Source of the DNA: an uncultured Acidobacteriota bacterium
GTDB lineage: Bacteria; Acidobacteriota; UBA6911; RPQK01; JAPXNP01
Assembly: GCA_963777605.1 (NCBI GenBank)
Contig: CAVZRV010000013.1
Coordinates: forward strand, 150,520 to 214,519
Length of the DNA: 64,000 bases
Direction of reading: 5' to 3'
The notes below the pieces were generated by a model. The model searched no databases. It saw only the letters and a list, made by a program, of their open reading frames with translations, and was not told the origin of the DNA. Below, piece by piece: positions 21,255 to 34,860 of this stretch. The stretch's first letter is position 1, and each line of letters starts with the position of its first letter. Made by a program: the position numbers and the translations under genes.

Positions 21255-22267
21255 CAGTGTTTTCGGGCGACGATAGTGAAAAAGCCCCCCTCGGAATCGG
21301 GTTGCAGGGCCATCGACCACTCCTTGAGCCGGCTTTCCAACGGTCCACCGGGCTGGTCGGATTCGAACAGGCGCTCGCCCGAGGTGAGCGGATCAAAAAA
21401 GCGCGTGTTCGGGATCGATCGGACGAATTCCAATTCGGATTCTGGCAGCCAGTGGTGAACCTCCCGGATGGTGTGTTTGGATTCGTGAGGGTTCTGGTAC
21501 TGGTCGGCAAACCACGCGGCCCAGCGCCCTTCGCCAACCAGGCGGCGCCGGAACCTTGGGTCGAGAAAAGCCACCTTCTGGCCAAGAAGCCGAAACACGG
21601 TTCTGCGAAAGTCGGTCGCCAGGCGGCCGTACTGGTGATAGAGGCCGAATATGAAGTGGCCGCCGGGTTTGACGAGTCGCGCGAGTCGTTGGAGTCCACC
21701 CCTTGGGTCGGCGGTGTGGTGAAGGACGCCATTGCAGATGACGCAGTCAAAGAACCCGTCTTCAAAACAGGGCTCGAACAGGCTCATCTGTAGAAAGAAG
21801 ACCCGGTCGAGGTGATGACGACTGCGAAACTGCTCGGCGAGATTGAGTGATGCGGTCGAAAGGTCGGTTCCGATTACCGTGCGGTGGGCAATTCCAAGGA
21901 AATTGGTCAACTGGCCCGTGCCGCAACCGCAGTCGAGAACCCGCGCGCCGAACGGGATCTGCTCGTCCAGGAGGCGAGCAAAGACGCCTTCGCGCGCCTT
22001 TTCGATCAAAGAGGCGACGTCCTCAAATCCTTCGTAATCGGGAAACGGATGAGACTCGTAAAAGCTTCTGATGCGACCGGTGACATCGCTGCCGGTCTCG
22101 GGTTCGGGTACGAAGAGCTGGGGGATGCCTCCTTCGACGGGGTAAGCTCGGGAGCAGTGCGCGCACGACAGAACGTCTTCGTCGATGCGCGGCACGAGAC
22201 CGCAGCGGGGGCAACGAAGGATTCTCAGCAACGGTGTCAACCGGGAGAACGTCGCGAAATTTTCCAA
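21254..22267 (-). CDS. Class I SAM-dependent methyltransferase with N-terminal Trm112-like zinc ribbon
   Basis: LRCPRC...CAHC..YPV.GGIP, VLDCGCGTG, GVLHH. Confidence 0.88.
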   Translation of the reverse strand: MENFATFSRLTPLLRILRCPRCGLVPRIDEDVLSCAHCSRAYPVEGGIPQLFVPEPETGSDVTGRIRSFYESHPFPDYEGFEDVASLIEKAREGVFARLLDEQIPFGARVLDCGCGTGQLTNFLGIAHRTVIGTDLSTASLNLAEQFRSRHHLDRVFFLQMSLFEPCFEDGFFDCVICNGVLHHTADPRGGLQRLARLVKPGGHFIFGLYHQYGRLATDFRRTVFRLLGQKVAFLDPRFRRRLVGEGRWAAWFADQYQNPHESKHTIREVHHWLPESELEFVRSIPNTRFFDPLTSGERLFESDQPGGPLESRLKEWSMALQPDSEGGFFTIVARKH

Positions 22268-22662
22268 CCCGCCGATTCTAGCATCAACCGGCCTGGCGAC
22301 GAGGTGCCAACAGGGGGCTCGGAAAGCGGTTAAGTGCTTTGGATTGCCTTCCTTCAGCGAGCGTCGCGCACCGTCTGGTGGGAGGGACTGGACGACTATC
22401 AGACCGTCGGGGAAAGGGGTAAAAATGAAATTATTTTTTGGCGGGGGATCGAGGAAATCATGGGTATACCTCGCGCCATCAATTAGTTAGGGCGGTTTTT
22501 GAGCGACTTGAACAAGCCGTAGGGAACCCGTATAGTTAGCAACTCACGGCAGAAAAAGCCGATGAGGGCTTGCAGAAAAGCAAGCCGAGATCTTTGACAA
22601 CCGGAACGAGACAGGCGGAAAACAGCGCGAGAACCGGGAGTAGGACTAACTACTTAAGCAAT

Positions 22663-24174
<1,512 letters not shown>

Positions 24175-24386
24175 CAGGTGCGATAAAATCTACTCCCCTC
24201 GCGTTGTCGCCTTCTCGTCCGGTTGTCAAAAATCTTTAAGCGATGTTGAACTCGATCGTGCCGATAAGGTACGATTAAGTTTCGACCCGAGGTCACGAGA
24301 GAACGTGGCCAGGTTCTTTGACAATCTGGAGTGTACAGGGCAAATAGTCACAAGTTTACCCGGGAATTGCGGAAAGGCAATTTCTA

Positions 24387-27349
<2,963 letters not shown>

Positions 27350-27469
27350 AGAATTTGCCTTTCAGGCGAATCCAGGGTCTTGTGGCTGCCCTGACACTCC
27401 AGATTGCGTTTCGACTGGAGTCATTTCATGAGAACGAGATGACTCCAGTCGAGGCCGGAATTCTCGGTT

Positions 27470-27587
27470 TTCCGGCGATCGTAGCGAGGGGGAAACACCT
27501 GTTCCCATTTCGAACACAGCAGTTAAGCCCCTCAGCGCCGATGATACTGCACTGGTGACGGTGTGGGAAAGTAGGTCGTCGCCGGGA
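27470..27587 (+). rRNA. rrf: 5S rRNA
   Basis: CCGGCGA...CACCTGTTCCCATTTCGAACACAGCAGTTAAG...AGTAGGTCGTCGCCGG. Confidence 0.96.
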
Positions 27588-27596
27588 TTATTTAGA

Positions 27597-27627
27597 AGCC
27601 CCCGCCGAGTGCGGGGGCTTTTTTTTT
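27597..27627 (+). terminator. Rho-independent terminator of the rRNA operon
   Basis: AGCCCCCGC-CGAGT-GCGGGGGCT hairpin followed by a T run. Confidence 0.9.
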
Positions 27628-27762
27628 GTAGCGCGGTCCGCCGAGGGAGCAACCACTTGGGGGTGTGCCTGGCCGGAGCGCTCATTGGAGGGATGTCTCC
27701 TGTTGGTGCCGCATGAACCCCGACAGAGCATTCGTATATACTAAATTTTTTCGAAATCCGCT

Positions 27763-28269
27763 ATGGAAGTGACTGGCGAACAGATTATTGCAGCGCGAGT
27801 GCTCCGGGAGCTGGTGGGCGCCGGTACGGTAGCACTAGGTCCCGGGATGCCCGAGGCCTTGATTCCGTACATTACCAATGGAACGCGGTGGTTCAAGCTC
27901 GGGAAGGAAGAATTGCCCCCGGACGGCGTGGACGTCGTCGTTGTTGAGGCTCTCGAAGTCTCCGAGGTCGGCGATGTAGCCGTACCAGCTTCGACCCACC
28001 TGGAAGGTTGCAATGGGCGACGCTGGGTGGTGGCATCACCGCTTGCCCACAATAACGGGAATCCACTGATTGTAAAGGAATGCCGTTTCCCGGTTGGGAA
28101 AGAGCATTGTGTTGAACTGGTGGTCACCGACCTGGGTGTGATTGAGGTCGGAAGGGTCGGATTTGAGCTCACCGAGATTGCCCCCGGTTTCTCCTCTGAT
28201 GACGTGCGGCGCCGCGTTCGCGCCAGTCTTCACGTCGCCGACAACCTTGATTTGATCCGCACTGTGTAG
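27763..28269 (+). CDS. CoA-transferase beta-subunit-like protein (shortened, catalytic segment missing)
   Basis: IAAR..REL...VALG.G.P, EVSE.GD.A, P.IVKEC..P, VVTDLGV, TEIAPG resemble ScoB/AtoA. Confidence 0.7.
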   Translation: MEVTGEQIIAARVLRELVGAGTVALGPGMPEALIPYITNGTRWFKLGKEELPPDGVDVVVVEALEVSEVGDVAVPASTHLEGCNGRRWVVASPLAHNNGNPLIVKECRFPVGKEHCVELVVTDLGVIEVGRVGFELTEIAPGFSSDDVRRRVRASLHVADNLDLIRTV

Positions 28270-28546
28270 CGCAATCGTTCCTGACAGCAGCGAGATCAAA
28301 GGCTCGTCTCAGAATTCTGAGGTGTGGCCTTTGCGGACTGGCCAATCTTGTGGTGATGGGAGACGAGGCCGTGAAGCAGCCTAAAAGGTGGTTCTGCGGC
28401 CCGAAGGTGGCGGAAGCGTCCCTGCTGCTTGCGGCGTAATGGACATAGCTCCGGCGTTTGGCCGTAAGCTTTGCGCGTCAGAAGCCGGCGGTTGACCGGG
28501 GTCAGTGCCGGCTCCTCTGATCGTCAGCTCGGGACGGTCTTCCAGC

Positions 28547-29980
28547 CTAATAGCGGTAGTGATCCGGCTTGTAGGGTCCTTCGACCGAGACGCCGATGTA
28601 ATCAGCCTGTTCTTGGCGGAGAGTCGTCAGCCCGACTCCGAGCTGTTCCAGGTGAAGGCGGGCGACCTTCTCGTCCAGGTACTTGGGGAGCACGTAGACC
28701 TTGCTTTCATAGCGGTCGGAGTGGACCCACAGTTCGATCTGGGCGAGGACCTGGTTTGAGAAACTGTTGCTCATCACGAAGCTGGGGTGGCCGGTTGCAT
28801 TCCCGAGGTTGCAGAGGCGCCCCTCGGACAGAATGATGATTGCGTTCCCCGAAGGGAAGTGCCAGAGATCAACCTGGGGCTTGATGTTTTCCTTGCGGGT
28901 TCCCGGGAGCTTCTCGAGTCCGGCCATGTCGATCTCGTTGTCGAAGTGCCCGATGTTACAGACGACCGCTTTGTCTTTCATCTGAGCCATCTGGCTGGCG
29001 AGGATAACGCCGCAGTTTCCGGTGGCCGTAACGAAGATGTCGGCCTGGTCGACGACGTCTTCGAGGCGAAGAACCTGATAGCCTTCCATGACGGCCTGCA
29101 AGGCGCAAATGGGGTCTACTTCGGTGATGATCACGCGGGCACCCTGGCCCCGCAGCGCTTGAGCGCATCCCTTGCCGACTTCACCGAAACCGCAAACGAC
29201 CACGGTCTTGCCGCCGATCATGATGTCGGTGGCTCGGCAGATCGCATCCGGGAGGGAATGGCGGCAACCGTAGATGTTGTCGAATTTCGACTTGGTCACA
29301 CTGTCGTTGACGTTGATCGCGGGGAAGAGAAGGGTCTCTTTCTTGGCCCGTTCATAGAGGCGGTGGACTCCGGTGGTCGTTTCTTCGCTGACACCCTTGA
29401 TGTTTTCAACCATGCGATGCCAGTACTGCGGATCCTTCTGGAGCTGGGACCGGATCAAATCGAGAATAATTTGCATCTCGCGAATGTCGGAGCTGGCCGG
29501 ATCCGGCAGGCTGCCGTCGGCAGCGAAGCGCTCTTCCGCCTCAAACCCGAGGTGAATCAGGAGGGTTGCATCTCCGCCGTCGTCTACAATTACGGTCGGA
29601 CCTCCGTCGGAGAAGTCAAGCGCTTTGAATGTGCACCACCAATAATCTTCGAGAGTTTCGCCTTTCCATGCGAAGACCGGAATTCCGGCCTTGGCGATGG
29701 CGGCCGCAGCATGGTCCTGGGTACTGAAAATGTTGCAACTGGCCCATCGGACGTCCGCTCCGAGGTCCGCCAGCGTCTCGATCAGGACAGCGGTCTGTAT
29801 CGTCATGTGGAGGGAGCCGGTGATCCGGGCACCCTCCAGCGGTTTCGAGTCGCGGTATTCCGCACGGATCGACATCAGACCCGGCATTTCGTGTTCGGCG
29901 AGTTCAATTTCCTGCCGGCCGAATCCGGCAAGGTTAATATCTGCAACTTTGTAATCGGTTGCCAAACTGGTCACTGCCAT
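28547..29980 (-). CDS. ahcY: S-adenosylhomocysteine hydrolase
   Basis: [51 protein letters not shown] at 29980. Confidence 0.97.
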   Translation of the reverse strand: MAVTSLATDYKVADINLAGFGRQEIELAEHEMPGLMSIRAEYRDSKPLEGARITGSLHMTIQTAVLIETLADLGADVRWASCNIFSTQDHAAAAIAKAGIPVFAWKGETLEDYWWCTFKALDFSDGGPTVIVDDGGDATLLIHLGFEAEERFAADGSLPDPASSDIREMQIILDLIRSQLQKDPQYWHRMVENIKGVSEETTTGVHRLYERAKKETLLFPAINVNDSVTKSKFDNIYGCRHSLPDAICRATDIMIGGKTVVVCGFGEVGKGCAQALRGQGARVIITEVDPICALQAVMEGYQVLRLEDVVDQADIFVTATGNCGVILASQMAQMKDKAVVCNIGHFDNEIDMAGLEKLPGTRKENIKPQVDLWHFPSGNAIIILSEGRLCNLGNATGHPSFVMSNSFSNQVLAQIELWVHSDRYESKVYVLPKYLDEKVARLHLEQLGVGLTTLRQEQADYIGVSVEGPYKPDHYRY

Positions 29981-30047
29981 ACTTTTTCTAATCCTCCCAA
30001 CTAATGGTCGCGAATCAAGATAACACAGAAGCATTGGCCCTGCGGTT

Positions 30048-31496
30048 TCACGACGGCAGGCTGATCTGCTGGGTCCGCCGCGCAATTTCCCGGAGCATGC
30101 CGCGAAAGATCAAGGCGTGAACCGGATAAAGGATGTACCAGTAAAGGCGTCCGGCCAGGCCGAGGGGGTCGAAGATGGCGGTCTGGCGGATTTCGGCCCT
30201 TCTTCCGCTGTCTTCGTTAACCTCAAATTGCAGCCAGGCTCTCCCTGGTACCTTCATCTCCGCCCGCAAGCGAAGGAGCCGGTTCGGCTCGAACGCTTCG
30301 ACACGCCAGAAATCGAGGGCGTCACCTGGAAGGAGTTCCACCGGATGGCGGCGGCCGCGCCGCATTCCGGGGCCCCCTACAAGGAGATCCAGGAATCCCC
30401 TCAGCGTCCAAAGCCAGTTGGCATAGTACCAGCCGTTGTGGCCTCCAATTCGCTCTACGGGTTCAAAGGCACGACCGATGGAAACCGGGACGGTCGCTGT
30501 TCGAGAATCGAAGATTCGACCACCGGGAGCCATTCCCCCGTAGGCCCTTGGTTCGCCCGCAGAAGATAGGGCATCGGACCACCGGGTTTCCGCGTACTGC
30601 CGGTCTTCATTGGCAAGGGCCCGACTGATTGCGAATCGAATTCCAGTTGGGCGGACCGAAAAGACCTGGAGCGCACGCGAATCTTCCACCACCGTAGAAT
30701 GTTTGACACTCTCGATCAGCTTGCGCCCGACTCGAGCGTAGATGGGGGTGACCAGTCCCAGCCAGAGGCTGGACAGTCGCAGGCTGAGCACCGGAACCGG
30801 AAGGATCCAGCGACGGAGTCCGCGTTGTCGTGCGTACTCCCGCATGAGCTCGCCATAGGACACGCGATCGGCCCCCCCAATTTCATAGATTCCGGAAGCA
30901 CTGAACGGAAGGTCGAGCGCCTCGACGAGGTAGCTGATCACGTCCTCGATAGAGATGGGCTGGGCCTGGATCCGGACCCAACGGGGAGTGACCATCGCGG
31001 GAAGCTTGTCCACGAGCGCGCGGATCATTTCAAATGAGAGACTTCCCGACCCGATGATGATGGACGCCCTGAGTTCGAAGGTGGGAATTCCCGAGTCAGC
31101 AAGGATTCGGCCGACATGTTGCCGGCTGCGCAGGTGAGCCGAGAGCGTGTCTCCTCGCCCCAGTCCTCCGAGGAAGATGATCCTCGAAACCCCGGCTTCG
31201 CGCGCCGCCCGCGCGAAATTCTCGGCAGCGAGCCGTTCCTTCTCTTCAAAATTGCGTGAAGACCCCATCGAGTGAACCAGGAAGTAGGCCGTTTCGATAT
31301 TCTCCAGGCCCCGACGAACAGCGGGGTAGTTCAGCAGATCTCCTTCCACTACCTGGGTTCCCGGCGCAGTTCGAGCCAGGAGACTCTCAGGTTGGCGGCT
31401 CATGCAACGCAGGTGGCGTCCCTGCTCCTCGAGCACTCTCCTCAACCGCCCTCCCACGTAGCCGGTAGCCCCGGTCAGCAGTATCGCGTTTGTCAT
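30048..31496 (-). CDS. Atypical SDR/NAD(P)-binding protein with C-terminal DUF2867 (YbjT-like)
   Basis: [35 protein letters not shown]. Confidence 0.9.
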   Translation of the reverse strand: MTNAILLTGATGYVGGRLRRVLEEQGRHLRCMSRQPESLLARTAPGTQVVEGDLLNYPAVRRGLENIETAYFLVHSMGSSRNFEEKERLAAENFARAAREAGVSRIIFLGGLGRGDTLSAHLRSRQHVGRILADSGIPTFELRASIIIGSGSLSFEMIRALVDKLPAMVTPRWVRIQAQPISIEDVISYLVEALDLPFSASGIYEIGGADRVSYGELMREYARQRGLRRWILPVPVLSLRLSSLWLGLVTPIYARVGRKLIESVKHSTVVEDSRALQVFSVRPTGIRFAISRALANEDRQYAETRWSDALSSAGEPRAYGGMAPGGRIFDSRTATVPVSIGRAFEPVERIGGHNGWYYANWLWTLRGFLDLLVGGPGMRRGRRHPVELLPGDALDFWRVEAFEPNRLLRLRAEMKVPGRAWLQFEVNEDSGRRAEIRQTAIFDPLGLAGRLYWYILYPVHALIFRGMLREIARRTQQISLPS

Positions 31497-31564
31497 CGGA
31501 TTCCTCTGAGTTATGAATCGTGTTAACTCGTGTCCCTGGCCAGAATTTTACGAAATTTTGTAGG

Positions 31565-31597
31565 TGGACAAAAAGTGGACAAAATATAGATAAATAT
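31565..31597. promoter_or_regulatory. Putative CarH/LitR-type operator (11-bp-phased TnnACA repeats)
   Basis: TGGACA (31565), TGGACA (31576), TAGATA (31587) in the divergent promoter between the DUF2867 SDR and fasciclin genes. Confidence 0.55.
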
Positions 31598-31667
31598 GGA
31601 ACCTATGTGTTTCGAGACGCATATATAGGTGCAGATGAAGATTATCAACAGGAAATGGATGGAGAAG

Positions 31668-32171
31668 ATGAAAATGATTCGAAAGATTGGATTCCTTGTT
31701 TCGGTATTTCTTATGGGCTTGGCGTTTGCTGTGGCACCCGTAAGCGCTTCCGGCGCTGCCTCGGACGTGCAATCAAAGGATATCGTTGACACGGCCGTCT
31801 CCGCCGGCAGTTTCAAGACGCTCGTGCAGGCAGTGCAGGCAGCCGGACTCGTGGACGTCCTGAAAGGCGATGGTCCCTTCACGGTGTTTGCTCCGACCGA
31901 TGAAGCGTTTGCCAAGTTGCCTGCCGGAACGCTCGAGAGCCTGTTGAAAGACAAGGTGAAGCTGACCGCGATCCTGACCTATCACGTGGTTCCTGGAGAG
32001 AAGTTGGCTTCGGATGTTGTGGCTTCGACCGCTCTCAAGACGGTTCAGGGTCAGTCCTTGAAGGTCGACACTTCGGACGGTGTCAAAGTGGGCGGCGCCA
32101 ATGTGGTAAAGACCGACATCCTTTGCAGCAATGGTGTGATCCACGTAATCGACAGCGTGGTTCTCCCCTAG
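31668..32171 (+). CDS. Secreted fasciclin (FAS1) domain protein
   Basis: Signal peptide, [33 protein letters not shown]. Confidence 0.93.
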   Translation: MKMIRKIGFLVSVFLMGLAFAVAPVSASGAASDVQSKDIVDTAVSAGSFKTLVQAVQAAGLVDVLKGDGPFTVFAPTDEAFAKLPAGTLESLLKDKVKLTAILTYHVVPGEKLASDVVASTALKTVQGQSLKVDTSDGVKVGGANVVKTDILCSNGVIHVIDSVVLP

Positions 32172-32489
32172 TAATCAGAACCTCCCTGGGTTTGCATAGG
32201 ACAACCGCCCTGGTTGTTTGATCAACGCGGCGCCCGGCTCTCTTGACCGGCCGGGTGCCGCCCCACTCCCTCCATCGCTAATCCAAGTCTCGCTAGTAAC
32301 AACCGAGGACATCCTTCCACGCTGTCGCGTGGGTTGGGCACCGCAGCCGGATGGTTCAGTGGCTCGGGAAACAGGCCACTGCCTGCCCTGCGGGAGAGAC
32401 TTCGATCGCGAGACACCCTGCGGGGACGCTTGTCCTACGCCCGGGCTCCGGGTACTATCGGCTGAAACCGTACGATAATCGGAGTCCAC

Positions 32490-33983
32490 ATGCATGACCA
32501 TGAAGCGGGTTTAGATACGATGAATTTCAGCGGATTCCTGCAATCCTTGGGGAGGGGCGAGGCGCGGGGAGTCAGCCGGCTCTACCTGGGAGCCGTCACG
32601 GCATTCTTTCTCCTCGGCGTGTCGCTCGCGGCACTGTTGCGCCTCGAACTCCTTGGCAGCGACGGGGGCATCCTTGGACCGGTGAATTTCGAGCGTCTCA
32701 CGTCGATGCACGGGATCATCATGCTCTTTCTGGTCGCATTTCCGGCCATTCCGGGTGTTCTCGGCAATCTGCTCCTGCCCGATATGCTGGGAGGGGGTCG
32801 ACTGGCTCTACCCCGCCTCAACCTCGCCGGGTTTTCCTTCTACGTGCTGGGCGGCCTGCTGTTGATTTCGGCGTTACTGAACGGAGGAATGGATGGGACC
32901 TGGATGATGTTGCCGCCCTTCTCGGTTCACGAGGCGGGAGGAAACCTGGTGGGCCTTCTCGGAGTGGCCCTGGTCGGCGTGTCGCTGGTTTGCCTCGCAC
33001 TGGTCTTCCTGGTGTCGTTTCACCGGGTGCGGGCAGAGGCCTGGGGTCGTCTTCGGCCATTCGCCTGGTCTGTTTACTGTTCTTCGCTGGTGACCCTCCT
33101 CTGTTTCCCGCTACTGATCGGCCTGGTCCTGCTGCTGGCTGCCGGACACCTGCTGGGTGGCTCGATTTTCGACATTGCAGGCGGGGGCGACTCGGGACTT
33201 TATCGAACCTTGTTTTGGATCTTTGCCAGGCCCGCTTTCTATGCCGTGATCCTTCCGCCGTTGGGCGTGATATCGGAAATTCTGGACAGCCGTCGTGGTC
33301 TCCAGTTCAGCGGAGACCGGATTCTCTTCGGCTCGATGGGAGCGATTTCCGTGTTCGGCCTGTTCGGAGCAGGAGCCCACTGGATGACGGTCGGGTCGTC
33401 CGGCCCGGTGGTCCTGATGTCCGGATTGCTCAACGTCCTGACCGTGATTCCGTTTTTCCTGATTCTGATCCGCTGGCTGCAGATTCTGCTGGCCTGTCGT
33501 GATCAGTGGGGGGCGCCGCTGATGTTTGCGCTCGCGAGTATCCTGCTCGCACTGATTGGCGGCTTGTCGGGGCTCATTCTAGGAGAGCCGGGAGCGAATC
33601 CGCACATCCATGCGACCCTCTTTGTGGTCGGCCACCTCCACTTTCTGCTGGCCGGAACGGTGCTGGCAGCTTACCTCGGAGGGTTGCACTACTGGTGGCC
33701 GGACCTGGCCGGCCGGTCGTTTTCAGAGGGAATGGGCATTCTCGGGGCCCTGTTGCTATTCGTAGGAGTGAATGTCACCTTTTTGCCCCAGTTCGCCGCC
33801 GGATTTGCCGGTCTTCCCCGCCGACTGGCGGATTACCCGCCTGAATTCGGCGGGTACCAGGTGCTTTCTACGGCCGGGATGAGCCTGTTGGTCATTGGCT
33901 ATCTGATGCCGATGGTCTACCTCGGGTGGAGTCTTCGTTTTGGCGAAAAGACCCGGGATCGACTGTTGCGGGCGCGGGCTTGA
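32490..33983 (+). CDS. Heme-copper oxidase subunit I-like protein with degenerate CuB site
   Basis: LLRLEL, SMHGIIMLF, GGGD..LY..LFW, HATLFVVGHLHF, G.PRR...YP, about 12 TM helices. Confidence 0.85.
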   Translation: MHDHEAGLDTMNFSGFLQSLGRGEARGVSRLYLGAVTAFFLLGVSLAALLRLELLGSDGGILGPVNFERLTSMHGIIMLFLVAFPAIPGVLGNLLLPDMLGGGRLALPRLNLAGFSFYVLGGLLLISALLNGGMDGTWMMLPPFSVHEAGGNLVGLLGVALVGVSLVCLALVFLVSFHRVRAEAWGRLRPFAWSVYCSSLVTLLCFPLLIGLVLLLAAGHLLGGSIFDIAGGGDSGLYRTLFWIFARPAFYAVILPPLGVISEILDSRRGLQFSGDRILFGSMGAISVFGLFGAGAHWMTVGSSGPVVLMSGLLNVLTVIPFFLILIRWLQILLACRDQWGAPLMFALASILLALIGGLSGLILGEPGANPHIHATLFVVGHLHFLLAGTVLAAYLGGLHYWWPDLAGRSFSEGMGILGALLLFVGVNVTFLPQFAAGFAGLPRRLADYPPEFGGYQVLSTAGMSLLVIGYLMPMVYLGWSLRFGEKTRDRLLRARA

Positions 33984-34017
33984 TATTTCTAACCGATCGA
34001 TAGAGGGAGCGTGGGTT

Positions 34018-34776
34018 TTGAAGCTCAAGGATAAAGTCGCGATTGTGACCGGTGCGAGTAGTGGAATGGGGCGAGCCATCGCGGAGCGCTTCGTCAGAGA
34101 AGGTGCTGCGGTAGTTCTTTGTGGACGAGACCGTCGAAAAGGGGAAGCAGCCCTCGAGGAGATCACTGCCGATGGTGGGGAGGCTCGCCTTGTCTGTGGG
34201 AGTGTTGCGGAGCCGGAGGTCAACCGGGAACTCGTGCGGACCGCCGCAGCTGAATTTGGCGGAATCGACATCCTGGTTCCGAATGCCGGACTGCTTGGGC
34301 TGGGCTCGGTCACGGGTGTTGATTGGGATACCTGGCACGAGACGATCAACGTCAACCTCAACGGTGTCTTCTATCTCCTCCGCTACGGAATACCGGAACT
34401 CCAGAAGCGGTCCAGCGGGGCAATCGTCGTCACTGGTTCGATTGCCGCTTACAAGGGATTTCCTAACCACGCCGCCTACTGTGCTTCCAAAGGTGCACTG
34501 GTGCCGTTCGTCAAACAGGTAGCCGTTGATTACGGCCCGGACATCCGGGCCAACATCATTTGCCCGGGACCGGTTGACACTCCGCTCATATGGGACTCGG
34601 CGGCAGCGTTTCCGGACCCCGAGAAGGCGGTCTCGGATGTCGCTGAAAAGACCTTGATGAAGCGCCTGGGGACGCCGAAGGACATTGCCGACCTGGTGCT
34701 TTTCCTGGCTTCTGATGAGTCGGCCTGGATCACTGGGGCCGCCTTAACGATCGACGGCGGCGTGACCTGTTTGTAG
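34018..34776 (+). CDS. SDR family oxidoreductase
   Basis: TGASSGMG, PNAG, YCASK, ICPG.VDT, IDGG. Confidence 0.92.
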   Translation: MKLKDKVAIVTGASSGMGRAIAERFVREGAAVVLCGRDRRKGEAALEEITADGGEARLVCGSVAEPEVNRELVRTAAAEFGGIDILVPNAGLLGLGSVTGVDWDTWHETINVNLNGVFYLLRYGIPELQKRSSGAIVVTGSIAAYKGFPNHAAYCASKGALVPFVKQVAVDYGPDIRANIICPGPVDTPLIWDSAAAFPDPEKAVSDVAEKTLMKRLGTPKDIADLVLFLASDESAWITGAALTIDGGVTCL

Positions 34777-34860
34777 GTTTCTGAAATCTCCAATCAGGGT
34801 TACGGGTCAACCCGGCTGCCACCGGCACCCTTTGATCAGCGACCGCATCTTTAACTGTTA

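Noticed and set aside
29981-30047. SAH riboswitch upstream of ahcY
   Set aside because: The gap is only 67 bp and I see no matching consensus.
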